Part shown: positions 8,891 to 17,417 of the stretch, one piece after another
Numbering within the stretch: position 1 is the first letter of the stretch
Layout of the letters: each line of letters opens with the position of its first letter
Source of the DNA: a virus
Taxonomy: Duplodnaviria; Heunggongvirae; Uroviricota; Caudoviricetes
IMG/VR virus record: IMGVR_UViG_2778261180_000001
Strand: one strand, 5' to 3'
DNA length: 29,278 nucleotides
Made by a program: the position numbers and the translations under genes
Notes under the pieces: model-generated
What the model was told of the DNA's origin: nothing
The model's database searches: none
Seen by the model: only the letters and a program-made list of their open reading frames with translations

Positions 8891-10399
8891 TTATTCTTCG
8901 GACTGGTCGTCGGTGTGCTGCGGCTCCTGTCGTTTCGTTGCGGCACTGCTGCCTCCTTTATCACTGGCCGGATCGGTATCAAATACCAGATCCAGCGTGC
9001 GGTTTTCATCAATTTCGGCCTTGCGCCGACGTTTGACATCATCCGGATTACGACCACCTGCACGTACCCAGTCTGATTCTGTCGCTGCTCCACCACGAAT
9101 CTGAATTTTCCAGGCCTCAGCCTCCTTAACAGGGTCAATCCACGGCATCACCGGTCCGGAATACACCGCGGTATACAGTGAAGAACGGTCAAGATCGCGG
9201 GGTAGCCTGATAACACCGGATGCCACAGCCTGTTTCAGCCAGGCACGATACATCGGGCGGGTGACGGCACCAATAAACCAGTCCTGCAGGATCAGGTAGC
9301 CATCAGTGGATTCAACCAGCTCCTGACGCTGGGCGCTGTAAGTGCCGTTATAGTTGCGTGCCGTACTGGAAAAACTCAGACGACTGCCCGCCGCCACGGC
9401 ACGCAACTGACCATTACGAAAAGTTTCAAGGTTAGGATTGGGACGATCCGACTTCACCATTCCGATTTCTTCGCCGGGTTTCAGATCGTCGTAAATAATG
9501 CCTGGCTGAATGGTAAGCTCGCGTTCCTTATCCTTGCTGCCATTACCATCCGGTTCATAGCTCTGCCCGTCGCCTTTCCGGATGTACATCCCCAGAGCAG
9601 CGGCGATCCTTGCTGCAGTCAGCTCAGAATCTTCATACTCTTTCAGGGCACTGAGGCGGATCAGCACACCGGACAACAAAGACGTCCCGCGCATCTGGTG
9701 CAGACGGCGAACAAATTTAAGATGCAGCATTCGCTCTGCATCCACTTCTTTGGTTTCCATCTGCCGTCCGGATACGGGACGACTTTTATACACCAGATAT
9801 TTTTCGGGACGCCCCCAGTCATCAACAAACACGCCCTGATTCAGCCTGTTGCTCTCATCACTGGTCATGGGAATAAAGTCCGGCTCGAGTGCCTCCAGCC
9901 AGAAATGAACACCGGCAGAAGGCGTCAGGCTGTTTATGCGCCCGGAAACCATCTGGACAAACACCTCACCATCGCGCAGCCAGGTACGCAGCATCAGACG
10001 TTCCAGCATCGGACGGGTAAACTGCCCGGTGACTTCCGGGCTGACAGACCATTCACTCCATCGGGTGCGAATCTCCGCAGCCAGGTCACGGGCAATGGCC
10101 CCATTGCGTAATACCGGATGTGGCTCGACAATAATCCCGTTTTTCCCCACCACCCGTTCTTCCAGCTTGTCAAATACACCAATGACCAGATCGTGGTTGT
10201 TATCAAGGTAACGGGCCTGCTCACGTAACGACACGGCCCCGTACTGGCTTAACTGGTCGGCAGTTCGGTTTTCCCGCCGGGCTTTGTGTGTCCGCGTCGT
10301 TTTTACGGCCTCATAAGCCTGGATCACCGCACGGGAACGCAGCCTTGCCGCTTTCCATCCTGGTGAAAAAACGCCAATCACATCATCAAGAATTGCCAT
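8891..10399 (-). CDS. Portal protein (lambda gpB-like)
   Basis: About 502 aa, placed between the terminase large subunit / W and the protease. Start inferred at ATG 10399 (MAILDDVIGVF...), which overlaps the W stop as TGATG. Confidence 0.85.
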   Translation of the reverse strand: MAILDDVIGVFSPGWKAARLRSRAVIQAYEAVKTTRTHKARRENRTADQLSQYGAVSLREQARYLDNNHDLVIGVFDKLEERVVGKNGIIVEPHPVLRNGAIARDLAAEIRTRWSEWSVSPEVTGQFTRPMLERLMLRTWLRDGEVFVQMVSGRINSLTPSAGVHFWLEALEPDFIPMTSDESNRLNQGVFVDDWGRPEKYLVYKSRPVSGRQMETKEVDAERMLHLKFVRRLHQMRGTSLLSGVLIRLSALKEYEDSELTAARIAAALGMYIRKGDGQSYEPDGNGSKDKERELTIQPGIIYDDLKPGEEIGMVKSDRPNPNLETFRNGQLRAVAAGSRLSFSSTARNYNGTYSAQRQELVESTDGYLILQDWFIGAVTRPMYRAWLKQAVASGVIRLPRDLDRSSLYTAVYSGPVMPWIDPVKEAEAWKIQIRGGAATESDWVRAGGRNPDDVKRRRKAEIDENRTLDLVFDTDPASDKGGSSAATKRQEPQHTDDQSEE

Positions 10400-10617
10400 C
10401 AGAACCTCGCCAGCCGGTACCCGGGATGCCCCCGTCGTCGTGTAATCAGAGCCGCAAGGCGGCGCTCCCACTCCTGCCGCCCCTGCCGGATCTCAGATAA
10501 GTTTTCCATGGTCATCTGCTGACCATTAAAGGTGACGGATTTTCCGTCCAGCACCGCCATTTCAGCTTCCGTATAACGCTGAATCATGGCTTCGATATCA
10601 TTCTGGTTCATAACCAT
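10399..10617 (-). CDS. Head-tail joining protein W-like
   Basis: 72 aa with C-terminus ...RRLAALITRRRGHPGYRLARF resembling lambda W (...MTQRRRGPAGFYV). Lies between the terminase large subunit and the portal as in lambda. Confidence 0.7.
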   Translation of the reverse strand: MVMNQNDIEAMIQRYTEAEMAVLDGKSVTFNGQQMTMENLSEIRQGRQEWERRLAALITRRRGHPGYRLARF

Positions 10618-12710
10618 CCTCCGGAAGTCAGCCAGGGGTTAACATCGTCAGTTACTGTTTTCTTCCGTTTTTGTTTTTTAACAGGCGTGGATACCGGTTC
10701 CGGTGTGGGTGACGGTTCGGTACTGTCCGGGACACACTCCAGCCAGGTTTCCCGGCTCGCCCACTCCGGTGCATCCGGCCAGCGGATCTTTTCGTATCCA
10801 TGCAGAATGACCAGAGCCTCGGCATACACCATCAGGTCAAAAGCTTCGTTGGCACCGCGACCTGGCTTACTCCATTTCCCGTCACTGCTCCGCTCTTCAT
10901 ACGTCAGTTCGTCGTAAAACCAACTCCCCAGCCAGTCAGGGAAATGCACATAGCCGGGACCTGGCGAGTCACGCCATAACGCGTTATTCACCCGGTCTTT
11001 CAGTGCATCCGTCTGAAGAAGCCAGAGCGGCACATCACCTGCGGCCTGCGCCCGTCGGCCCGTTCGTCCGGTGTTATCAGGGAATGTACGGGTGATCAGT
11101 TTTGCGCGCCGGATGCTGTCGCCCTTAAACAGGTAAATACGTTTACCAAGGCCATCACGACGGCAACGACGCCAGAATTTATAGGCATTATCAGTGACCC
11201 CGTCTTCACCGCCGGAGTCCACCGCCATTGCCATCAGTCGCATTTGTTGAGAAGGATCGGAGGCCAGCGGCCAGCTTTTATGAAAAACATCCGTCAGCAG
11301 GACATCCCAGTCTTCCGGATAGCTGGCCGGATCAATTCGCTGGCTCTCCCCGTCGCTGTCACCGCGCAATGACTGCGTGATGTTGTAACGATCAATAATC
11401 CAGCGTTCGCCACGGCTGCCATAGCCCGTTACCTGAACCACAAAACGGCGATGACGTCCCGCCTGCACATCCACTGTCGCCACAAGGAAATTAACGCCAT
11501 CCGGCACACTGCGGGAAGGAACTGGCTCTGCCCGCTGCTCAAGCAGTTCACTTTTTCGTTGCTCCATGCTGGCGCGGGGAAGATAAGGTAATCCCCAGTC
11601 GGTATTGATAACCGTCTTGAGTGTTTCTTCACTTCCGGTTGTCTCGTATTCCTGTTCTGCAGTAAGCAGTTTGTAAACGAGTTGCGAGAGTGTCTGGTAA
11701 GCAGCTGCCGGACCCTCCATCCAGAATGACGCAATACGTGAGCGTCGGGGATCACCATAACGACTGCCATCCGCATTGATGGATTCACCATCCCGCAACC
11801 AGACCCCACGTCCGTTCAGCTCACGTTTTTGTTCAGGCATAATCCGTCCTGAACAGGAAGGACACTGAATATAAGCCGCCTCACTTGCCAGCACGGGATC
11901 GGCAATATCACGGAAACCAGCAACCACATCGCCGCAGGGCTGAAAATACTCACCACAGTGTGGACAAGGCCAGTACCAGCGACGGCGATCGCCACGGTTA
12001 TAGAGCGACAGTATCCCCGTGGTTGGTGGAGCCTCATGCGGTGAAGTCCGTCGCCATTTCACATCCTTCACATCCCTGCCGGGGGAACTCTCCACAAGCG
12101 TCATACCACTGGACATAAATGTTGTGGTACGTTTTGAGGCAAGAGAGAAAGCATCCCCCTCGCCATCAATATCTTCCGGAAAACGGTCATAATCCGTCAG
12201 CGCGACGCATTTATAATCTGATGAGGACATGATATTGACTGACGGCCAGCCGATTTTCAGGTAGTTACCAGCAAGGAATGTTCTGTCATAAACGTTGTTG
12301 TCATTTTTGTTCGGACTCAGGCGACTGACCACTTCCGGGCTGACGCGAAACGTTCTGGCGAGTCGTTTTTTGGAGTGTTCGCGGGCTTTTTCCTCCGTCA
12401 TCTGTATGATCAGCATATCAGCAGGATCGCAAATCACGTTGTAAATCACCCAGCCGTCAATCAGGCCGATAGTCTTGCCGGTTCGTGCCGGGCCAACAAA
12501 TATCACTGCGTCGTATTCACGCGAGGCCAGGCAGTTCATCGGCTCAATAACATACGGTGCCACCAGCGGATCCCACGGGACTGAGTTCCCTGCCCCCATG
12601 GGCACCCGCATATACTGAGCAACGGCATCAGCAACCCGCATTCGTCTCGGTGCGCGAAGGATATAACCTGAATCGGTTCGTGCTGCCTTTGCGGTTTCCT
12701 GATTCAGCAT
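10608..12710 (-). CDS. Terminase large subunit (lambda gpA-like)
   Basis: 700 aa with a Walker A-like FVGPARTGKT and a Cys cluster (CPHCGEYF...CPSCSG). The ATG at 12710 has a GGGAGGAG Shine-Dalgarno and overlaps the small-subunit stop as TAATG. Confidence 0.9.
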   Translation of the reverse strand: MLNQETAKAARTDSGYILRAPRRMRVADAVAQYMRVPMGAGNSVPWDPLVAPYVIEPMNCLASREYDAVIFVGPARTGKTIGLIDGWVIYNVICDPADMLIIQMTEEKAREHSKKRLARTFRVSPEVVSRLSPNKNDNNVYDRTFLAGNYLKIGWPSVNIMSSSDYKCVALTDYDRFPEDIDGEGDAFSLASKRTTTFMSSGMTLVESSPGRDVKDVKWRRTSPHEAPPTTGILSLYNRGDRRRWYWPCPHCGEYFQPCGDVVAGFRDIADPVLASEAAYIQCPSCSGRIMPEQKRELNGRGVWLRDGESINADGSRYGDPRRSRIASFWMEGPAAAYQTLSQLVYKLLTAEQEYETTGSEETLKTVINTDWGLPYLPRASMEQRKSELLEQRAEPVPSRSVPDGVNFLVATVDVQAGRHRRFVVQVTGYGSRGERWIIDRYNITQSLRGDSDGESQRIDPASYPEDWDVLLTDVFHKSWPLASDPSQQMRLMAMAVDSGGEDGVTDNAYKFWRRCRRDGLGKRIYLFKGDSIRRAKLITRTFPDNTGRTGRRAQAAGDVPLWLLQTDALKDRVNNALWRDSPGPGYVHFPDWLGSWFYDELTYEERSSDGKWSKPGRGANEAFDLMVYAEALVILHGYEKIRWPDAPEWASRETWLECVPDSTEPSPTPEPVSTPVKKQKRKKTVTDDVNPWLTSGGWL

Positions 12711-13204
12711 TACTCCTCCCGCTGTAATTCCTCCTCATCATCCGCACCTGCTTCGGTCACCCGCAGGGCTATCTGATCGCGCAGATCATCAATAATGGAC
12801 TGAACACGGCTCACAGCGGCAGGCTGCAGACCGCAGTCACGTTCAAGAATATCCGGTAATGTCTCCAGCACCTGCACGACCGCTTTTGCCCAGATGGCAA
12901 ACTCCCGTCTGACATCACTGGCCGGAATGAGTTGTGCCGTTTCCTGTTCGAACTTAAGACGCTCACGTTCAGACTGATACCAGGCTTTGCGCTCATGCGC
13001 GTCCATTTCGCCTTCTGCAACCGGCGGTGGTAATGCCAGAAATGCCGACACAATATCAACCACCCGATAAAGCTTGAGGTTGCTTTCATGCCCCCCTGCA
13101 ACGGGTAGATTTTGCAGCCTTGCCGCAGCAGTCTGGCGATGTACACCTGACAGAGCCGCCAGTTGACTGATATTCAGCGTCAGATTTTTTAACTCTCGAT
13201 CCAT
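12710..13204 (-). CDS. Terminase small subunit (Nu1-like)
   Basis: 164 aa with an N-terminal HTH-like segment (LTLNISQLAALSGVHRQTAAARL). First gene downstream of the cos-like site and directly upstream of the large subunit. Confidence 0.7.
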   Translation of the reverse strand: MDRELKNLTLNISQLAALSGVHRQTAAARLQNLPVAGGHESNLKLYRVVDIVSAFLALPPPVAEGEMDAHERKAWYQSERERLKFEQETAQLIPASDVRREFAIWAKAVVQVLETLPDILERDCGLQPAAVSRVQSIIDDLRDQIALRVTEAGADDEEELQREE

Positions 13205-13368
13205 ACCCGCTCCAGAATGTTTTAAACATGCATCTTGCGAACAACTTTAGGCAAACGGTGTTAGTGATGAACAAAAAACAATCAAAATCGACACCACAAA
13301 AATAAAACCACTGTAATATCAATACATTACAGTAGTGGTGATGACGAATGAAATTTCAAAAACTAGCC

Positions 13369-13380
13369 TTTTTCCGCGAC
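13369..13380 (-). other. Putative cos cohesive-end site (cosN core), lambda-like
   Basis: Minus-strand sequence GGGTCCTCCCGGCAGTGTGTCCTGCCACG GGGCGGGAGCGT CGCGGAAAAAGGCTAGTTTTTGAAA aligns by eye with the lambda right-end / cos junction (..GGGTCCTTTCCGG..ACG GGGCGGCGACCT CGCGGGTTTTCGCTATTTATGAAAA). Lies about 170 bp upstream of the Nu1-like start. Confidence 0.55.
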
Positions 13381-13775
13381 GCTCCCGCCCCGTGGCAGGA
13401 CACACTGCCGGGAGGACCCATTAAAAACTGCTAAGCTGGGCTCGTTATGGCAACAATTCCATACGAAGTTTTATAAGTAAGAAGTTGCATGCCATCAGGC
13501 ACCACCGCTGCTGATTACGACCATCAATGTGAACCACAACCAGCGCATCGGGTTACAGATAATTCATATGCTCAACGAGCATAAAGTTCAGAACGTTTAA
13601 CTTCAGGTGCTTTGTTTTAGCCATACCGTCCGTAACAACATGATGGAAGCGGGTACTTAGAGAACACTATGGATAGAAACTTGCATTACTAATCTCACAA
13701 TTTATTCATACAGTTATATGATAAATATATTATTAGTTATAACATGTTGAAAATTCATAAAGGAGAATTACCTGT

Positions 13776-14468
13776 ATGTCTAGAGAAGGCTCGTTGGACT
13801 TATTGCAAGAAGTTGAAGAAAGTCTTGACATAATGAGACAGACACAGCATATCAAGCCTGTAAAAGTCAAAGCTATTTTGGAAAACTTACGAAGTTCCTT
13901 AGAGTATCTCGCTAATGATACCTATGATAAATATATTTCTCCACGCAGTAATGATGAGCGCCCCAAAATATATTTCCCTTACGGAAAAAAAGAGTTTATT
14001 GATAAATTTTTCTCAAAGACGCTAAAAATAAACCCACCATCATCTTCTCCATTATATAAAATTTTTACTTCTATACAGGATTATCACACTGGCGAATCTT
14101 GGTTGGAAATGATGTGTAATCTCACTAATGAAGTAAAGCACAGACAACCAATCCCCTTAAGAGAAGAGAGTTCTGTTAAAGACCTAAGTGTGAGCGTAGA
14201 TGGTTTTGGTTTAATCACAGCAGGAAGCTCAGCAAAAATTCTCTTTAAAAACAACCACATCAATGGCAAAAAATTAGAAGACTTTACTTTCGAAAATGGG
14301 AAATTACAAAGAAGTGGTAATGGTGTACCTTTAAACATAGTCATTACCGAAGAGAAAAAAATAAGATTCCATGGGAATGACCATGAAGTAATTCCTTTCA
14401 TTGAATCATGCCTTATTAAAATCAGAATTTTTATTATCGAAGCCTATAATGAGTTAGATAAGATTTGA
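13776..14468 (+). CDS. Hypothetical 230-aa protein in an AT-rich moron, antisense to the late operon (candidate lysogen-expressed cargo, possibly defence or exclusion)
   Basis: ATG at 13776 preceded by AAAGGAGA. The gene and its flanks (about 13560-14640) are markedly more AT-rich than the phage backbone. I recognise no family. The position between Rz and cos is the slot occupied by bor in lambda. Confidence 0.6.
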   Translation: MSREGSLDLLQEVEESLDIMRQTQHIKPVKVKAILENLRSSLEYLANDTYDKYISPRSNDERPKIYFPYGKKEFIDKFFSKTLKINPPSSSPLYKIFTSIQDYHTGESWLEMMCNLTNEVKHRQPIPLREESSVKDLSVSVDGFGLITAGSSAKILFKNNHINGKKLEDFTFENGKLQRSGNGVPLNIVITEEKKIRFHGNDHEVIPFIESCLIKIRIFIIEAYNELDKI

Positions 14469-14521
14469 ATCACCCCCTAAACACCACAGCAAGTGGGAAT
14501 TAACCACCCTATATTAAATAT

Positions 14522-14559
14522 CCCTTTGTGAATGTGTTAAAGCTTATCGTCACAAAGGG
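14522..14559. terminator. Inverted repeat hairpin between the moron gene and Rz
   Basis: Seen directly: CCCTTTGTGA ... TCACAAAGGG, a 10-bp stem with an 18-nt loop, lying between two convergent genes. No strong U-tract, so terminator function is uncertain. Confidence 0.3.
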
Positions 14560-14636
14560 ATGCCCATTATTAATCTCACTAGGCAATGAATTTCTAATAT
14601 TAAATTTCATCGCCAGATTTTAAATTTCCTGCAACC

Positions 14637-15173
14637 TTACTGGCCATGCTCAGATGGTCTGTAACGCAACTCATCAATTTCACGAATACTCGAAAAATTA
14701 TTATTTCCTTTTTCTATCAACGCCAGTAGCGGCTTAATCCACAAGACAGCTTGGCAGTAGGTCATTGAGCTGGTGGTAGCGGTACGATCATAGGCTTCAT
14801 TAGGTCTGCCGGTATCGGTGTGCATGGCGCTGGCACGTAAACGGTACGTGTATTCGAGCAACCCACCAGCGATATCAGCAGGAACAGGCAGATCACAGGT
14901 TTTTTCACGGCGGAGAATCTCCCGGTATTCGATTACGGTTTTTTCGGTGCTGGTGTCGATCAGGGAGTTAAGACTGTTGGCATGTTCTGCAACCTGATTG
15001 AATCGATTGAAGTTGAATGCCTGGGTGGCGATTACCTGCCCCAGCATAGAGTTGTCACTTCGCAGAACGTCGTTATCGCTCTGAAGATTACTGGCGTGAG
15101 AGCAACTCTTGACGAGAGCGACCGAAAGGCCAGCAATAACGACAACGCCTATAAGATCCGGATTAATTTTCAT
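14637..15173 (-). CDS. Rz i-spanin
   Basis: Start inferred at the internal ATG (MKINPDLIGVVVIAGLSVALV...), which has an N-terminal transmembrane segment and overlaps the endolysin gene end. The rest is coiled-coil like. It is the last gene of the lysis cassette. Confidence 0.7.
   Translation of the reverse strand: MKINPDLIGVVVIAGLSVALVKSCSHASNLQSDNDVLRSDNSMLGQVIATQAFNFNRFNQVAEHANSLNSLIDTSTEKTVIEYREILRREKTCDLPVPADIAGGLLEYTYRLRASAMHTDTGRPNEAYDRTATTSSMTYCQAVLWIKPLLALIEKGNNNFSSIREIDELRYRPSEHGQ
14762..14908 (-). CDS. Rz1 o-spanin lipoprotein, embedded in the +1 frame of Rz
   Basis: My own translation of the +1 frame inside Rz gives (GTG)MKKPVICLFLLISLVGCSNTRTVYVPAPCTPIPADLMKPMIVPLPPAQ: a signal peptide, an LVGC lipobox and a Pro-rich body. 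GGGAGA lies 9 nt upstream of the GTG. Confidence 0.5.
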   Translation of the reverse strand: MKKPVICLFLLISLVGCSNTRTVYVPAPCTPIPADLMKPMIVPLPPAQ

Positions 15174-15712
15174 TGCTCCAGCCCCCAGCACGCCAGTGCG
15201 CTTTCCTGATCGCGCCGCTCGACCTGCCCATAACAGCCATTCTTCTGCCCTTTTGTCAGGCGGCAATCACGCCCACCATCTTTTATCCACCAGCGAATCG
15301 CCTCGCATGCCCCCTTACGATCATCGGCATTCAGCCGCTTATAAAACGTCGACGGGAAACACTTACCGGGGCCAATGTTATAGGGACAAAATGACGCTAT
15401 ACCCGCTTTCTGTGGTTCGGTCAGTGGCACTTTAATATTGCGCTCCACCCATGCCAGCGCCTTATCCCGTTCAATGGCGTTAACCTGGTCGCATTTTTCC
15501 TTCGACAGTTTCATACCGGGAAAAACGGGTTTTCCATCCACCACCGTGGCACCCCGACAGATGGTCCAGATGCCGGAACCATCGCGGTATGCCGTTGTGT
15601 GGTTACCTTCTTTTTCATTCAGAAACTGGTCGAGAATATCAGGCGCAGGCGCACCGACGGCAATCAGTGCCAGAACGGCAGCCGACAGGCCGTATCTGAT
15701 TTTTACGTTCAT
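15170..15712 (-). CDS. Endolysin, T4-lysozyme-like (GH24) with an N-terminal SAR-type hydrophobic segment
   Basis: The catalytic triad spacing E-x8-D-x5-T is present in LNEKEGNHTTAYRDGSGIWTICRG. The N-terminus GLSAAVLALIAVGAPAP is Gly/Ala-rich like a signal-anchor-release domain. Paired with an S21-type pinholin. Confidence 0.85.
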   Translation of the reverse strand: MNVKIRYGLSAAVLALIAVGAPAPDILDQFLNEKEGNHTTAYRDGSGIWTICRGATVVDGKPVFPGMKLSKEKCDQVNAIERDKALAWVERNIKVPLTEPQKAGIASFCPYNIGPGKCFPSTFYKRLNADDRKGACEAIRWWIKDGGRDCRLTKGQKNGCYGQVERRDQESALACWGLEQ

Positions 15713-15817
15713 GGATATTTATCAGGATTTATCGGTTTCTGAACCCTGGATATGTTTATCTGTCCCGGCCTGTTGAATCAGGCAAGGAATAGTTAAATAC
15801 AATAGAGAGGATTGTTT

Positions 15818-16090
15818 ATGGACAATAGCACCATTTCTCTACAGGAGTTGCTCGACTGCATTTCCAAGCTTCGGGATGATGTAAATGCCCTTACTGTCGC
15901 ATTTTCATATCTGGCATTCTCAATTCCCAAGGAACAAATGCAACCAACACTGGCATCGCTCCAGCTTGAATCACTCAACCCCAAATGGTCCCAGCAACAA
16001 CAAAATTCTTTCAAGTGGCTGGCGGTATTACTGGAAGAAAAATATGCTGGTGAAATTACCATTTCGGCGGAGTCTTCAGAGAACCAGTAA
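15818..16090 (+). CDS. Hypothetical 90-aa protein encoded antisense within the lysis cassette
   Basis: ATG at 15818 preceded by AGAGAGGA. It fills the 340-bp gap between the ydfR-like gene and the endolysin gene. No family recognised; coding status unproven. Confidence 0.3.
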   Translation: MDNSTISLQELLDCISKLRDDVNALTVAFSYLAFSIPKEQMQPTLASLQLESLNPKWSQQQQNSFKWLAVLLEEKYAGEITISAESSENQ

Positions 16091-16400
16091 TTCTTCCCGG
16101 TAGCTTTCCTTTGTAGGTTATCCACACATTCTGCGCCTCTAAAATTATGGGGCGCTTTTCCGGCGACAGCTCATCCCCTTCACATAACCCGGCAGCAACA
16201 TCCAGGAAGACCTGTCTGATGCTCCTTCTGGCTGCTGCCTCATAAAACTCCAGCGCGGCACCTTCAACACGGTCCAGCGAGATGTCCAGGTCAAAAATTT
16301 CACCGTCAAAGCGTTCTTTGTCCCGTAACGCTAAAGTTACCGTAACTTTATTCTCAAAATTGCGGATCCCTTTCACAATCAGTTCATATTTTTGAGTCAT
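16056..16400 (-). CDS. YdfR-like protein, sitting between holin and endolysin as in Qin-type lysis cassettes
   Basis: 114-aa ORF with ATG at 16400, a GGAGAG Shine-Dalgarno, starting 5 nt after the holin stop. The YdfR assignment is by position (Qin has essQ-ydfR-rrrQ), not by a sequence match I can verify. Confidence 0.5.
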   Translation of the reverse strand: MTQKYELIVKGIRNFENKVTVTLALRDKERFDGEIFDLDISLDRVEGAALEFYEAAARRSIRQVFLDVAAGLCEGDELSPEKRPIILEAQNVWITYKGKLPGRITGSLKTPPKW

Positions 16401-16404
16401 TGAA

Positions 16405-16620
16405 TTACTCTCCCCGTGCAGCCTTACGCTTGTCTTCTTTAATCTTGAAATAAAGGTTTGTCAGGTACGTCAGCAGGCCAAATACCAGGCTACCCAGCAC
16501 ACCTATTGCTGCCCACTGTGAGGGCGTGACTTTATCGAGCAGCTGTAAAAACCAGTAGCCAGCACTGCCTGCGGAGGTGCCGTAGGCAATGCCTGTTGAA
16601 ATTTTGTCCATGGATTTCAT
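16405..16620 (-). CDS. Pinholin, phage 21 S21-like, with a dual-start motif (antiholin from Met1, holin from Met4)
   Basis: [71 protein letters not shown] is near-identical to phage 21 S21 as I remember it. The MKSM dual start corresponds to the S21-71 / S21-68 pair. Confidence 0.85.
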   Translation of the reverse strand: MKSMDKISTGIAYGTSAGSAGYWFLQLLDKVTPSQWAAIGVLGSLVFGLLTYLTNLYFKIKEDKRKAARGE

Positions 16621-16723
16621 AGCCTCACCTCCGCACGGAACGGATGGCATAGTTATTATGTGTAGGCTTCCAGACACATCAATCAGAGCCTTAATTGATA
16701 TATATGCTGGAGACGATGCAATA

Positions 16724-16748
16724 TAAAAAGCTCGCCGTAGCGAGCTAA
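16724..16748 (-). terminator. Hairpin with flanking A/T runs between the lipoprotein genes and the holin gene
   Basis: Seen directly: AAAAAGCTCGCcgtaGCGAGCTAATAAAA, a 7-bp stem with T-runs on the minus strand. It would need Q-mediated readthrough for holin expression. Confidence 0.35.
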
Positions 16749-16871
16749 TAAAATGTATTTCTCTGATATTATGTTTATTTGTATTAGCTCAGACTTGACA
16801 TCACAGGTTTCGTATATAGAACATCATCAAATCTGTCAGTTTGCTATGAATGAGATATAGTAATTGAAGAG

Positions 16872-17267
16872 CTAACCTCGCATGTCAAAGCCAGATTTCT
16901 GAAAATCTCTGTAGACTTCCGGATTGTTGAAGGCCGGAAATTTGGCTTTATGAGCTGCGGACTTTATCGCTTCGCAATAGGCTTTATCACCGTTACTGGT
17001 AGATATTTTTAACGCCGTGCCATCCTGAGAGAATTCCATATGCAACCTGCATTTTTTCCCTTTCCAGTTATGCGGCTCATCAAGTTTGGCATTAATTGCA
17101 GCTCTGATTCCCCGCGCTTGCGCCCCCCATTCATCCTGATCATCCCAGCGTCCTGAACTGCAACTACCTGTAGCAGTAGTTTTGTGGCAATCTGAAGGGT
17201 GTAAAGGTGTGCATCCCGCAACAAAACTGACCCAAAAAGTCAACATAACGATTTTCTTTAATCCCAC
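16872..17267 (-). CDS. Lipoprotein with a TolA C-terminal (TolA-III)-like domain
   Basis: GTG start with a GAGGAG Shine-Dalgarno; signal peptide and lipobox (MGLKKIVMLTFWVSFVAGC). The C-terminal part (KKCRLHMEFSQDGTALKISTSNGDKAYCEAIKSAAHKAKFPAFNNPEVYRDFQKSGFDM) resembles the E. coli TolA C-terminus as I recall it, and is paralogous to the next gene. Confidence 0.7.
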   Translation of the reverse strand: MGLKKIVMLTFWVSFVAGCTPLHPSDCHKTTATGSCSSGRWDDQDEWGAQARGIRAAINAKLDEPHNWKGKKCRLHMEFSQDGTALKISTSNGDKAYCEAIKSAAHKAKFPAFNNPEVYRDFQKSGFDMRG

Positions 17268-17417
17268 TTCTTGCTCCTCAATCCATTAAAATCTCAGCAA
17301 TAGTAGTTGTTACGTCCGCCACTGGCTCAGAGCTGACTATCCGCTAGATTTAGCTCAGTGCCGTAGTTGTGTCAGAACAAACCTAAGCCGAAACCGTTTA
17401 TTACAAAACAATAAATA

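Noticed and set aside
9582-12584. Plus-strand and alternative-frame ORFs inside the portal and terminase genes (for example 9698-10111, 11429-11809, 12375-12584)
   Set aside because: They overlap strongly supported portal and terminase reading frames, and no family resemblance or ribosome-binding site was seen.
12811-13146. 111-aa minus-strand ORF in an alternative frame within the terminase small-subunit gene
   Set aside because: Same strand but a different frame from the Nu1-like gene; basic, Arg-rich out-of-frame translation with no start signals.
14084-14401. 105-aa minus-strand ORF antisense to the 230-aa moron gene
   Set aside because: It is fully contained in the better-supported plus-strand gene, which has a strong Shine-Dalgarno, and it has no start signals of its own.
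15793-16125. 110-aa minus-strand ORF overlapping the 3' end of the ydfR-like gene
   Set aside because: No Shine-Dalgarno, a Ser/Cys-rich low-complexity product, and it competes with a plus-strand ORF that has better start signals. Neither is proven.
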